Positions 13,655-27,990 of a stretch of 64,000 nucleotides of DNA are shown here, piece by piece. The position numbers and the translations under genes were made by a program. Source of the DNA: Haliotis rufescens (Eukaryota); contig NW_025964361.1 of assembly GCF_023055435.1 (NCBI RefSeq), forward strand, positions 54,560,001 through 54,624,000. Direction: 5' to 3'. A model generated the notes under the pieces. That model saw only the letters and a program-made list of their open reading frames with translations, did not search any database and was not told the origin of the DNA. Numbering within the stretch: the first letter of the stretch is position 1; every line of letters begins with the position of its first letter.

Positions 13655-13965
13655 GGTATTAGAGTAGGTCTTCAACAACCCATGATTGCCTTAAAAGGCG
13701 ACTTTGCTTGTTGTAAGAGGAGACAAACGGGATCAGGTGGTCAGGCTTGCTGACTTGGTTGATGCATGTTATCGTATCCCAATTGCATAAATAATCAGAT
13801 CTGAACCAGACAATCCAGTGATTGACATCATGAGCATCAATCTTTGCAATTGGGATATAATGACATGCATCAAGTAAGTCAGTGAGCCTGACCAGCCAAT
13901 CCTGTAGTAGCCTCTTACGACAAGCATGGGTTGCTGAAGATCAATTATAACCCAGACTTTGACAG
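13655..13965. mobile_element. Two family C retroposon copies in inverted orientation
   Basis: A plus copy (13655-13787) is directly followed by a minus copy (~13786-13965); both match 35745-36010. Confidence 0.85.
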
Positions 13966-15148
13966 GAGGTTATGGGTTAGAAGAACAGGCTGATGTATGC
14001 AAATCATCCATGACACAGACCTACATGTACAAAGATAAACAAATAGATCAGGTATATCAAATTCATAGAATTACAGTTAACTCCAGAGCTAACAAAATCA
14101 GACCTTGTTTTTGACAGAACAAACTGATTTCGTATATGCATGTAGGATAAGCTATGTACAAACAACCTTCTCTACTCGGTCCACACCAGGAAGCTGCAAC
14201 AGATTGGTGCAGAACTGCCATATGTAGCCTCTCGCTGTGGATAGCACATCTTGGACATTACAAACTGATTTAATTACTGGTTGATTATTTGCTGATGTGA
14301 AACTAGGTAGGATCAGCTACAGCACAAATCATTTCCTTGTTCTACATCAGCTATATTCAACACAGTTGGTCAATATTACCACATCAGCTGGCAATGCACT
14401 TGCTGTCTCATCCCAGATGGAAGCATACCTGTCAATTAACAATGGCCACAGAGACCAATAATCAATACCGCTTGGAATGCAGTGACAATATTGGCGCCGA
14501 AGTGAGATGAATCAAGACCACAGTCTTGTTTAAGGTACATACCAGTCCCCCAAACCTCCATCACAATGGACACAGGATGACATTCACAATATCGAACAAA
14601 TTTACAAGTTGTCATATATACCGTCTCAAAACTGTCAGGAATCAATATCTGCCAGGACAGCACGACACTTGGGACACCAGTACCCAACCACCATAGCTTG
14701 TGTTATTAGCTGAATTCATAAACAACACACTTATGTCAGTAAAACAGATGCTGCACATCACGTCCGAGGTGACATGCAGTGGCAGCAGCTTAAATCTTGG
14801 ACGAGGATGTTGAGAGACGTCGGAAGAAGGATTACTCTTAAGACATATGGCAGGTGAAATGTACCATTGTCAGTAGCACCAATGACCCACAATGAAATAC
14901 CAAGCTTGCGGGTTGTGTTGTTAATCGCATCTATCAGCGAGTGGGGGATGGTGGGTAATTAGTGTACTGCCGTCAAATGTCATTCAGATCTGTGTTGTGA
15001 TGTTGTGCTGAGTGAGGGTTGTTGTGTTGGGTCAAGGTCGCATGTGATGGCAATGCTGTCACACTGAGTGGGTGGTGTGTGTGCTTAATGTACTACCGTC
15101 AACTGTCATGTGATGGCCATGTGACACGGAGCGGGTGGTTGGTGGGCC

Positions 15149-15348
15149 ATCTTCCAGATGCAAGGGAGTTAACCATTGTAAAAGTCCAGTTTCCACCCTT
15201 GCCGAACTAGGATGGAATTTGGGGGATTGATCTAGAGCCATTAGTGTCACATCTTCCCGAGGCAAGAGAGTTAACTGATTGTAAAATTCCAGTTTCCACC
15301 CTTGCCGAACTAGGATGGAATTTTTGGGCTTGATCTAGAACCATTAGT
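15149..15348 (+). mobile_element. Two tandem left-end fragments of the ATCTTCC TIR element
   Basis: Both match 38945-39005 (CCAGTTTCCACCCTTGCCGAAC). Confidence 0.75.
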
Positions 15349-17452
15349 GTCATGGAGATCAAGGTCGAATGTGATGGCCAGGTCACACTGAGTAGTTGGT
15401 TGGTGTGTAGGGTCAAGGTCACACATGATGGCGATGTCACACTGATTGGTGGTGCATGGTGACAGTGCCAAAACAGAGACCATGTACCAAGGGACGGGCC
15501 TGGGGGCTAATTGAAGACTGATCACTCCCGCACAAGACCAAGGGGCACTTTCACGCGAGACTGTGCGAGATTCGATGATTGACATGAAAGATTTTCGTGA
15601 ATTGACTAAATGTCCATCCCTTTACATATTTATTAACGTTGAGTTATGTTAGTTTCTTTTTGTTAAAGGACAACTACAATAAATAAGTAACTTAATGTAT
15701 ACACTGACATTCTTGCAAATTATCAAACGGAAACATTGTACCACATCCCATTGTTCTATTGTACAAAAAAGAAAATGGGTCTTTTGTAATGGGAGTCCAT
15801 CAGAAAGTATCACTAAAATGATTACCTCGTTACTTTTTGTTGAAAACACTTCATTCTGCATGTATCTCGGTTAAACATTGTCATAATTAACTAGCTGTAG
15901 ATTTGACATATGCCCATTATTTTGTGCATGTAGTCATGATAAAAAATAGTTTCAAAGTTTCTTTCTGATTTTTTCTGCATTTTAGAAAAAATTTGAATAT
16001 TTCAAGTGATAATCGTGTTGTTGAGATGGTGTTTTCTTGAATCTTCATTATAAAGATGTAATGTTTGGACTACTTTCTCTGCTAAACGACAGATAAAACT
16101 AATCAAATATTTTACTAATTAACGCAATAATTAACAAATGAATTTTAATCAGAACTAATTAGGATGTCTTCACCATGATATATTTGTTGTAAAATTATTT
16201 TATTCCTTCCCTGTTTCTATTATTTTTTGTTGTCATACATGAGGCCTAATAAATCAATTACCAGATTCTCATCCAACTTTCGAAAAAAAAGGAAGTGGGA
16301 GGCATTTGACAAAGCATGCATGTTAATCCTGTTATTAACCTATCTGGTCATACAGAGTGTTCATTGTATATCTGGACTTATGTTTGTTGTCTCTTTTTAT
16401 TAATTTTATTCAAAACTTCATTCATTACTGTTTACATTAATTTTGGTGAAGTCGTGTGTTAACTGATCAGGTGATCGCTGCAACTCACTGTTATTCACAG
16501 TATGATAATCAGATTACTGCTAATGGCGCTTTGGAACTAACGTTAGTTGACAGAGAATGGCTATGTATATCATAAAAATGCCATATTTTGACTCGTTTAA
16601 TGTTATATTTGTTGTAGTTTGATTATTACATGTCAACATATATTTTTCGTGACCTAATTAGCAAAAATGCGGCAAGGGTCTAATGGTGACCCACCAAGCT
16701 GTCCATACGTAAAACAATTCCAGTTGTATATTAAAGTGCTATGTTAATGGTTATTATTAATAATATATTAATTAATTCATAAAGCTGTAACTACAGTAAC
16801 CCGATATGAATATACCATTGCTGAAAAAACAATAGTTTCAGATACAATTTCTTCCAGTCAATGCACCAAAATACCTTCAAGTTATATACTATTGAGTATT
16901 TTTTGTTAACCAAGTCACCGGCAGATCTGGGAGAAAATGTGTGTACAGCTGATTGCTTTGTACGGCTTCGATTACAAAATAATATCTTCATCTCTGCATA
17001 GAAAACAATGCCTTGGAGAACAGGAAAATTAATTGAAATGGTAAATCATCATGTCTAGTGATGTTTTCTTGCAATTTTCACATTTTCATTGCGCAAGTGA
17101 CGACCAAGTTTGTTACAGATCTTCTGTTTGTTCCCCTGAAGCAACTTGACAGTTTTTGACTGCGCTCAGCCCAATGCTCGAAATATCAGTGAATGTCAGC
17201 ATGTGGGCTTGAGGAGAAGCGAAGGGAATTAACTCTTAGCGTTCAAGCATTGTGTAAGATTGTTTACTAGACTACGGAAGTCCTCAAATAAGAGCATCTG
17301 TGCATGTGTCGTGCGTCTTGATCGCTGACGGGAGAAAAGCAGCAGGGTGTCCCAGTGTATCCGTTACACTCATGGGTGTGGCAGTGATCCTTACTGATAA
17401 TCTCCTGCTGAGGCCTGTCTCTGGGCATATCTTCTTGAGCCAATATCAACTG

Positions 17453-18773
17453 GTGCTCTGGTCAAGGTCACATGTGATGGTGATTTTGGCGCATTGAGTG
17501 AGGTTGGTATGCGATGACAGTAGGAAAGGCAACTGTTGCTAGGGTCAAGGTCACATGTGATGGTGATTTTGGCGCATTGAGTGAGGTTGGTTTGCGATGA
17601 CAGTAGGAAAGGGAACTGTTCCTCTGGTCAAGGTCACATGTGATGGTGATTTTGACACATTGAGTGAGGTTGGTTTGCGATGACAGTAGGAAAGGCAACT
17701 GTTCCTCTGGTCAAGGTCACATGTGATGGTGATTTTGACACATTGAGTGAGGTTGGTTTGCGATGACAGTAGGAAAGGCAACTGTTCCTCTGGTCAAGGT
17801 CACATGTGATGGTGATTTTGACACATTGAGTGAGGTTGGTTTGCGATGACAGTAGGAAAGGCAACTGTTCCTCTGGTCAAGGTCACATGTGATGGTGATT
17901 TTGACGCATTGAGTGTGAGGTTGGTTTGCGATGACAGTAGGAAAGGCAACTGTTGCTAGGGTCAAGGTCACATGTGATGGTGATTTTGACACATTGAGTG
18001 TGAGGTTGGTTTGCGATGACAGTAGGAAAGGCAACTGTTGCTAGGGTCAAGGTCACATGTGATGGTGATTTTGACACATTGAGTGAGGTTGGTTTGCGAT
18101 GACAGTAGGAAAGGCAACTGTTCCTCTGGTCAAGGTCACATGTGATGGTGATTTTGACACATTGAGTGTGAGGTTGGTTTGCGATGACAGTAGGAAAGGC
18201 AACTGTTGCTAGGGTCAAGGTCACATGTGATGGTGATTTTGACACATTGAGTGAGGTTGGTTTGCGATGACAGTAGGAAAGGCAACTGTTGCTAGGGTCA
18301 AGGTCACATGTGATGGTGATTTTGACACATTGAGTGAGGTTGGTTTGCGATGACAGTAGGAAAGGCAACTGTTCCTCTGGTCAAGGTCACATGTGATGGT
18401 GATTTTGACGCATTGAGTGTGAGGTTGGTTTGCGATGACAGTAGGAAAGGCAACTGTTGCTAGGGTCAAGGTCACATGTGATGGTGATTTTGACACATTG
18501 AGTGAGGTTGGTTTGCGATGACAGTAGGAAAGGCAACTGTTCCTCTGGTCAAGGTCACATGTGATGGTGATTTTGACGCATTGAGTGTGAGGTTGGTTTG
18601 CGATGACAGTAGGAAAGGCAACTGTTGCTAGGGTCAAGGTCACATGTGATGGTGATTTTGACGCATTGAGTGTGAGGTTGGTTTGCGATGACAGTAGGAA
18701 AGGCAACTGTTGCTAGGGTCAAGGTCACATGATATAGTGATGTGAACACAATGAGAGAAGGTTGGTGTGTGAT
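17453..18773. repeat. 83/85-bp minisatellite, about 15 units
   Basis: Unit begins GGTCAAGGTCACATGTGATGG; degenerate relatives lie at about 14930-15450. Confidence 0.96.
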
Positions 18774-18984
18774 TAATCACTTCAGTCAGCTGTCATAGAG
18801 GTCAAAGATGCAATTGTGACATTGTCCTGCCTGGAGTGACAAGATCAGACCGATTGATTGATGTCGTTAATTACCAGACACACTCCCCGTGAATGGACTG
18901 TGAACCAGGATCTGCCTTGGACCTGCATCAGGGCAGGTCAGGTCAAATCACACCCTGTGCCTTCATGGAGGCTACACACACCAG

Positions 18985-19580
18985 ATTTACCATACACAGC
19001 ACCCAGTTGACATTGGAAGACACCTACATTTCATACACAGTACCCAGTTGACATAGGAAGACACCTACATTTCATACTCAGTACCCAGTTGACATAGGAA
19101 GACACCTACATTTCATACTCAGTACCCAGTTGACATAAGAAGACACCTACATTTCATACTCAGTACCCAGTTGACATAGGAAGACACCTACATTTCATAC
19201 TCAGTACCCAGTTGACATAGGAAGACACCTACATTTCATACTCAGTACCCAGTTGACATAGGAAGACACCTACATTTCATACTCAGTACCCAGTTGACAT
19301 AGGAAGACACCTACATTTCATACACAGTACCCAGTTGACATAGGAAGACACCTACATTTCATATACAGCACCCAGTTGACATAGGAAGACACCCGCATTT
19401 CATACACAGTACCCAGTTGACATAGGAAGACACCCACATTTCATACACAGTACCCAGTTGACATAGGAAGACACCTACATTTCATACACAGTACCCAGTT
19501 GACATAGGAAGACACCCACATTTCATACACAGTACCCAGTTGACATAGGAAGACACCTACATTTCATACACAGTACCCAG
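18985..19580. repeat. 41-bp minisatellite, about 14 copies
   Basis: Unit ACCCAGTTGACATAGGAAGACACCTACATTTCATACWCAGT; starts at 19001, 19042, 19083 and so on. Confidence 0.96.
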
Positions 19581-20684
19581 ATATGGAGCAACATACACAG
19601 CAAGACTGAAGTCGATGACTTGATGCACATGGTTTTAATCTTGAAACAAATTGTAAAATGAATGGCCACAAGCTGGTTGGCTGCAATAAATTGTTGAACG
19701 GGATTGGATACCACAAACTTTTGCTGTAAGTAACAATCTTTTTCAAGGAGAACACATAACACTTTCATCAATATTCACATTTTTGTAATCAATTCAGTAT
19801 CAGGAGACATAATGTACTGATCCAAGCATATTATCCGAGAATGACAGCACCTTGTGCATTTAAACCATACAGATGACGCAATGCTAATGTTGTTGCAGTT
19901 GATTATGAGCAGGAATTCACAAGCCATTGTGAACATGCACTTTAACAAGTAAAACTGGCGCAGCTATAAGTCATTTTGCCATGTTAAAGGGAAGATATAT
20001 ACAAACAATAAAAGGGTTTAAGTCGGAGAAATCACTCCGGTCAGATGTTTAAGGTGATTCCTCCATTAGAGATATCAGACTGTGAGATACACACGACCTA
20101 CCTCTGCTACCCCTGTTGATCCAGATGGTACTGGTCCATGAACTCATCCATATCAACACCTGTCCTGATGGACAAATCGCTGGATGCAGAAATGATCAAT
20201 CTAGATATTCCACTGACTTGAAAGAAGGGGTTTAAGACAGATCCACTGAGTTCTGACTACAGGAACATTTGTAACAATGTCAAGACTACATTAGACATCA
20301 GTGACTGCGTGTAATTCATCAACATGATGAGACGTGATGAGCTACTTGGCTTCCAAGCTGGCGGAGACACTTCCTGAATCCAATACCCTCTGGACTCATC
20401 ACCCACACCAAGAAGTAGCGTGCTCTTAAAATATAATGATACGAGGGAAACTGTTTCATGTACATCTGGGATGCTTCATGATTTCATAATCGTAAAGTGT
20501 CATACACACCACACATAATTAGTACTTAACATACAAGAGCAATATGAAATACACCACGGACAACCTGTACTTACATATAAAACTAGGACATTCTCTTGTC
20601 CCTTAGACACCTGTGAAGGACAATCGGTACTCCATATACAAGTAGAAGAACAACAAGTAGTTTCAGTACACCACAGATTTTCTC

Positions 20685-21432
20685 TAGTCTCATTTACACC
20701 AAGGCCTGTCTCTGGTCCCATATACACCAAGGCCTGTCTCTGGTCCCATATACACCAAGGCCTGTCTCTGGTCCCATATACACCAAGGCCTGTCTCTGGT
20801 CACATATACACCAAGGCCAAGCGCTAATCTCATATACATCAAGGCCAATCTCTAGTCCCATATACACCAAGGCCTGTCTCTGGTCCCATATACACCAAGG
20901 CCAATCTCTAATCCCATATACATCAAGGCCAATCTCTAATCCCATATACATCAAGGCCAATCTCTAGTCCCATATACATCAAGGCCAATCTCTAGTCTCA
21001 TATACACCAAGGCCAATCTCTAATCCCATATACATCAAGGCCAATCTCTAGTCTCATATACACCAAGGCCAATCTCTAATCCCATATACACCATGGCCTA
21101 TCTATTGTCCCATATACACCAAGGCCAATCTCTAGCCCCATATACACTAATGATAATCTCTAGTCCCATATGCGCCAATGATAATCTCTAATCCCATATA
21201 CACCATGGCCAATCTCTAATCCCATATACATCAAGGCCAATCTCTAATCCCATATACACCAAGGCCAATCTCTAGTCCCAAATACACTAAAGTCAATCTC
21301 TAGTTTCATGTACACCAAGGCCAATCTCTAATCCCATATACACTATGGCCAATCTCTAGTCCCATATACATCAATGATAATCTCTAGTCCCATATGCGCC
21401 AATGATAATCTCTAGTTCCATATACACCAAGG
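20685..21432. repeat. 28-bp minisatellite, about 27 copies, degenerate flanks
   Basis: Unit CCAAGGCCAATCTCTAGTCCCATATACA and variants. Confidence 0.93.
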
Positions 21433-23404
21433 ACAAATGTGATTCATCATAAAACAAGGCTACCCTGTATACACTAAGGATGCTCTGATACAACGGTATA
21501 CACCTATATGCCAAAGACAATAGACACCAAGGGCAATCTCTAGTCCCAGATACCCCAGGACAATCTGCCGATCTGTACTTCATCTTAAAACAAGAATACT
21601 CTCCAGTTCTGTATAAACCAAGTCCACACACCAAGGATGCTCTGATATATACACCTATACACCAAGGACAATCTAAAGTCTCATTTATACGAAGGACACT
21701 GTTATTCCCTGAACACCAAATGATGCTGTGTCCCCCAGAATGACCGTTTCCTACACACACCAAGGCTACTCACATGAAATATTCACCAGAGATGTTCTCC
21801 ACCACACATCCACACCGTAATTCAAAGTAACCGCTGGCCTCACACTCCAGCAAGCAATGGTCACATATATTCCCAAATGAGCCCTCTCTGTACAAATGAC
21901 CCCTGCCGAAATGATGCACAAACTACAGTCACTTACTCACTCCATAGAAACAAATCCTATTACTCTCACTCCCACAGCTCAGTCGTGGCGCACGAAAGAC
22001 AACTCAACTTGATAGAGAATGCACCACATCCAACAAAGGTCAGTATCCATCTGACCAATATGCATTGAGACTGGGAATGTTACTGCCATAAGCCTGTTCA
22101 ATAATGTCCCTTATCCACAGCGATCAACTGCGTCATTTGAAATACAGCAACAGAGGCCTATCATTCAAGGACTGTCTTACCAGCACCACAGTACAAGAGG
22201 GCCCTTGATGATTTCGTCAAGATACAATCTACTTCTGCAACATACTGTCCCAGTCTCTATGTCCATCATTCCGCCTAGACACGTCAATATGACAACAGCA
22301 TGGCCATTTATATTGCTTCTTGATACCTTCGCCAGAAACTGACAATACTCATCACTGAAATCGATACATCTTATCGTCAATTTTGTCTTTGCACCTGGAT
22401 GCTCATCATGATCAAACCTGATTGATCTGTGTCAAATTACAACTGTCTTAGATCAAAATTGTATTCAACCAAAGATCTTACAGGTGAAGAATATGAAATA
22501 TTGAACAATTTTTACTTAATGTATATGAGCACTGGGTTCGTGAACACGTCAATTGCTTAACTAAAATAGACGAGAGTTATTATGAGATGCAGCTCAGTAC
22601 TGATAGGCCATCACAATGATTGATGTTTAATCACACAATGCTGTAACTGACTGATTACGAAGATCTTCAGCGGGTGAGTAACAAGATTGAAATAAGTTGA
22701 AGGAAAATAGTACCTTCTCCAGTCTAACACGCTAGGTACCTTTTTATAATTTGCTTTTTTTCTCATCTTTTCATCTCCTTTCTTGAATAGTTTGTAGTCC
22801 TTGGGCTAGATGAAGTCTCGTCAGTCAGCGGCTACAGATATGGTTGTGAGGTTGTTCCTTGCTGCCTCTCATTTCCCTAAGGATTGTGGGATCTGGTCAA
22901 ATCACTGTATCCACAAGCCATGGTTTACTCAAGAGGGACGGTTTTTGTACTTACAGCTGATAAAAATCAGTGATGGGACTAATGCAGAAAAAAAATATAT
23001 ATCAGATATGTTTTGATATGAAATCTGTTACAATCAATCTCTTTGCTTTTCAAGTTTGATAAAAAATATATTGGAGCAAAACCTGAAATAGAAAGTGATT
23101 TGCTGTGAAAGATTCATGTGCTTAAAACAAGCTTTCACTTTGTGTGCCTGTGTAATCTTCCTGCTGCTCAGTCATCCATGCATGTGATTACTGCAGTGTG
23201 TTCACTTGCACTTTGTCGGCACATATTTGATTTGATAAAAGCCATAATCATCTATAACTCATAATTTGTGATTACAGCAGCCTCTGTTACATTGGGGGGG
23301 GGGGGGGGGGGGGGGGAAGAAGTCTCAAGGGGGTCAATTGCCTGTGCCTTGTGTTAGAGTAATATATTTTATTGCTCACTGTTTTGCATGCATTTGGTAT
23401 CTGT

Positions 23405-23620
23405 GGGTGCTAGCCCACTGAGATACCATGCTGCAGTTTGACATGGATACCCCTCAGACACCCTGTGTTGACCAGTCCTTGTTTTATCCCCCTAATTCTG
23501 AGCACCAGGCAGGGTAACAACAAGAACCATCTTTTAATGTCTTTTGGTATGATGCGACCAGGGGACTCAACCACCGACATTACGCTCTGCGGGCAGACGA
23601 CCCATCTACTAGACCACAGT
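23405..23620 (-). mobile_element. SINE family B fragment
   Basis: Matches the reverse complement of the 29341-29560 region. Confidence 0.75.
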
Positions 23621-25598
23621 GACAGTCAAAACACTTTGAAAAGCTTGGCATGTGCAAAAAGTTGGATTCCTATACTAAAAACAACATTCAAGGAGCAACA
23701 GTTGTTTATTGACAGTATTTAAAACCAAATACTTTTAGAGGCAGAGGCAAATATATGGATTGTTTCATAATCAGAAATGCCTGTGTAATGGAAAAAAAAA
23801 GACATTTTCAAACTGTTGGATGAGAATTCTGTGATCACGTTTTGGAGACAGCAAAGCTGGGATCAGAAAATGTTTCTACAAATACATGTATTACCAGTAG
23901 GAGGGTAGAAAAAAATAAATGAATTTGCCATCTTTAGCACCATTATCTTCTGTAAGCTTTTTATCTTGGAAGACAAAGGGAGTTAATTTCGTCAAAGTCT
24001 GTGTATCAAGGACAAGGGACATAACTCTAGATATAATATGTAAGGAATTTTGGTATGACAAGTCTGGGAAATATAAATTTCAAATTGAGCATACCGGTAA
24101 TCTGTGCTGGAGATGGTTTTTTAATCTCAAAATAATTTTGCATGTATGATGTGTCAGCAAAAGATAGGTGTTAATTTGGCTTATTAATTTTTCCAATTTT
24201 CAAGAAAATTGGGTTGGCAGATCCGTGATCCAACAAATATATAAATGGTGAAGTTTAAACAGGCCCAAATAGATATCCAATAATAATCATTTTAATAGTC
24301 ATCAACGAGACGTGGGGAATAACATACAAGATCCTGATAATACTCTACTGATGCCCCAATCATCATGATAACAGAAGCAACAAACTATGTAGGAGGTTCG
24401 CAATTAATAACAATAGTGTTTACAATCAATAGTCTACGAGAAAGCCCTGGAGCAGACATATGCCGTGCTAATTGATCGGGAATGGGCTTTTGAACGATAC
24501 TCCATTAGGTTTAGCCAGATTATGCTCTCCGTTAACAGACATGAATCTAGAATCTGGGTTAACTACAAACCTGGTAATTATATCTTACAGTAATATGGGT
24601 CACAGTGAATTCGGGAAATGTACATTTGTTTAAATTCTCAAGTAGTTGTCAGTGTTTCAATGTTGCTATAAATTGGGACAGAAAAGAATTGACAGAAAAT
24701 GTAAATATAGTAAACATCTCGTTCAAATAGAATTAGCTACAAACTGTGAGGACTAGTCACATAGGGGTGACACTAGTCCTTTGGACTAGTCTTGATGAAA
24801 CAACAACATGTGTCTGCAGTTGTATCGAACAATTTAATTGCTCCTTAACCACCAACTTACTTGCTCATCAAGTCCATATTTCGTTAACTCACTCTTCCCT
24901 TCACTTCCTACCCTACTGACAAAAACTCAGGAATGTGAGCAGGTTTTCCCCCAAAAAGAGGAAAAGTCTAGGGGGGGTTCTCACTCACCTATTTATTCAC
25001 TTTCCCTCACTCACTCACCTCCCTACTCCCTTTCCCTACCTCCCCTACTCACGCCCTTCCTCTCCCTCACTAACCCACCATCTACTCTGTCAGTCTATTC
25101 ATTCACACCTGCAACAGCTGGGCCCATCAAGCTCATATTATAGTAGGCATATGAGATGCCCTATATTCAATCACAATTCTGCCTCCTGTACCGTGCATAA
25201 CTCATGTTATATACCGCATGCTAATGCATATTGCCACAATATTACAAAGTCATTGAGAAACTTGATACAAATCATTCCTCTGTCTAGATGTGACAATACA
25301 CACATTACATTACACACAGTGGGTTAATATTAATCACTGTATGAATGCATTAGGGTTAATATTAATCACTGAATGAATGCATTGGGGTTAACTAAACCCC
25401 AATATGAATGCATTTGGGTCAAAATTAATGACAACATGAATACATAACATTGTCCACCATTGTCCTTTCGGTATCGATGCAAGACCCACCCACCTCTTCC
25501 TTCTCCTTACTCACACATTCCATAAATCCCCTCCCTTACTCACCATCCCTCACTCATTCACCCACTCCCCTCACTCATTCACCTACTCCTCACTAGGA

Positions 25599-25765
25599 GT
25601 GAGTGAGCAAGCATGGTTTTATGCCTTAACAATATTCCAGCAATATAATGACGGGGGGTACACCAGAAAAGGGCTTCACACATTTTACCCAAGTGGGGAA
25701 TCAAACCTGAGCCTTCAGTGTGATGAGCGACGCTATAACCACTGGGCTACCTCACCACCCCTCCC
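25599..25765 (-). mobile_element. SINE family A, diverged full-length copy
   Basis: Similar to 628-800; TSD CACTAGGA at 25591-25598 and 25766-25773. Confidence 0.85.
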
Positions 25766-26326
25766 CACTAGGATGCATGTGTTACTGACTACAGCATCTA
25801 CATCAACACAATAACATCACTACTCCAGTATTCCACTGCACACCATGACAGATGACTGGAGTTGGTTGTATGCAATGAATGAAGACCTTGAGCTAACTGT
25901 AGGATGAAAACATGATTTGCGTTGACAGGGAGGTTGAAGATAATTTCTTTGATATTCAAATATTTTGCAAAATGTTTCAAATATCTGAATTGAAATAAGA
26001 ATCACATCACTGGGTAATGTGGCATGAAAAAAACAGAGATACTTCTAGTGAATAAACAACATTGTATAAATATTCAAAACACAAATTATACTGCAACTAT
26101 TACATATAAGCCACTGAAATAGCACATCAGCTTCGAAATATCAAACAGAGAATCATTTCACAGCAGTGCTACTTAACCTGGAACATTAAATTGCCGTATT
26201 TCCTGGTAAAGAACTGAAACATTAACTTGCCCTATTTCCCGGTAAAGAACTGAAACATTTACTTGCTTTATTTACTGGTAAAGAACTGAAACATTTGTTT
26301 GCCCAAATAGTGAGATACAAATAATT

Positions 26327-26768
26327 ACTCTTCACGAGGTCAATATGCGAAAACAAGAACACGAGGACCCTAGGACCTGACCTTTGAGGGTGCAGGCTAA
26401 GGTCCGGTCAGACCGCCGAAGTGGTCGGGTGCGAAGGTCCTTGTTTTTGCATATGGACCTTGTCAAGAATAACCATTCGATTTGTTAATACTGAAATTCA
26501 CTCTAAAGTTCATGAAGTTTTCCAACTCTGTTCTCTGTTCCTCAGTTCCACTAAAGTGACCTGGCTGCGAACTGTGAACTGTTACTACCAGATACCATCT
26601 TGTTTAATTGCAGACGAGTCAATATTCATCACGTGACAGGTCAATATTGATCATGTGACGAGTCAATATCTGAGGTCAGTGTCTCACATGATTTGGGAGT
26701 CCACATTGATTTGTTTTGTTTGTCATAGTGGTATGGATTAACCAATGGAATTGCAACATTCTTAAGTA
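26327..26768. mobile_element. Non-autonomous element with a one-sided 34-bp inverted repeat (possibly Crypton-like)
   Basis: Arms 26327-26360 and 26437-26470 are imperfect reverse complements; the element interrupts 36-bp satellite-related sequence. Confidence 0.55.
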
Positions 26769-26889
26769 CACAATAACATATAATAACCTGAAACATTTAC
26801 TTGCCCAAATAGTGATACCATAAAATAACTTTAAAAATTTAGTGACAACATGGAATGAACTGAAACATTTAATTGTCCAAATAGTGATA

Positions 26890-27990
26890 ACAAATAATAA
26901 CCTGAAACATTTACCGGTAATGACCTGAAACATTCACTTGCTGTATTTACAGGTAATGAACTGAAACATTCACTTGCCATAGTTACAGGTAACAAACTGA
27001 AACATTCACTGGCTGTAGTTACAGGTAATGAACTGAAACATTCACTTGCTGTAGTTACAGGTAATGAACTGAAACATTCACTTGCCGTAGTTACAGGTAA
27101 CAAACTGAAACATTCACTTGCCATATTTACAGGTAATGAACAGAAACATTTGCTTGCCATATTTACAGGTAATGAACTGAAACATTCACTTGCTGTAGTT
27201 ACAGGTAATGAACTGAAACATTCACTTGCCATATTTACAGGTAATGAACTGAAACATTCACTTGCCGTAGTTACAGGTAACAAACTGAAACATTCACTTG
27301 CCGTATTTACAGGTAATGAAATGAAACATTCACTTGCCATATTTACAGGTAATGAACTGAAACATTCACTTGCCATATTTACAGGTAATGAACTGAAACA
27401 TTCACTTGCCATATTTACAGGTAATGAACTGAAACATTCACTTGCCATATTTACAGGTAATGAACTGAAACATTCGCTTGCCATATTTACAGGTAATGAA
27501 CTGAAACATTCACTTGCCGTAGTTACAGGTAACAAACTGAAACATTCACTTGCTGTAGTTACAGGTAATGAACTGAAACATTCACTTGCCATATTTACAG
27601 GTAATGAACTGAATCATTCACTTGCAGTAGTTACAGGTAAAAAACTGAAACATTCACTTGCTGTAGTTACAGGTAATGAACTGAATCATTCACTTGCCAT
27701 ATTTACAGGTAATGAACTGAAACATTCACTTGCCATATTTACAGGTAATGAACTGAAACATTCACTTGCTGTAGTTACAGGTAATGAACTGAAACATTCA
27801 CTTGCCATATTTACAGGTAACAAACTGAAACATTCACTTGCCATATTTACAGGTAATGAACTGAAACAATCACTTGCCGTAGTTACAGGTAACAAACTGA
27901 AACATTCACTTGCCATATTTACAGGTAATGAACTGAAACATTCACTTGCCATATTTACAGGTAATGAACTGAAACATTCACTTGCCCAGA
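26890..27990. repeat. 36-bp minisatellite, about 30 copies
   Basis: Unit ACTGAAACATTCACTTGCCATATTTACAGGTAATGA; 12-aa periodic ORFs on both strands; degenerate units at 26175-26325. Confidence 0.96.
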
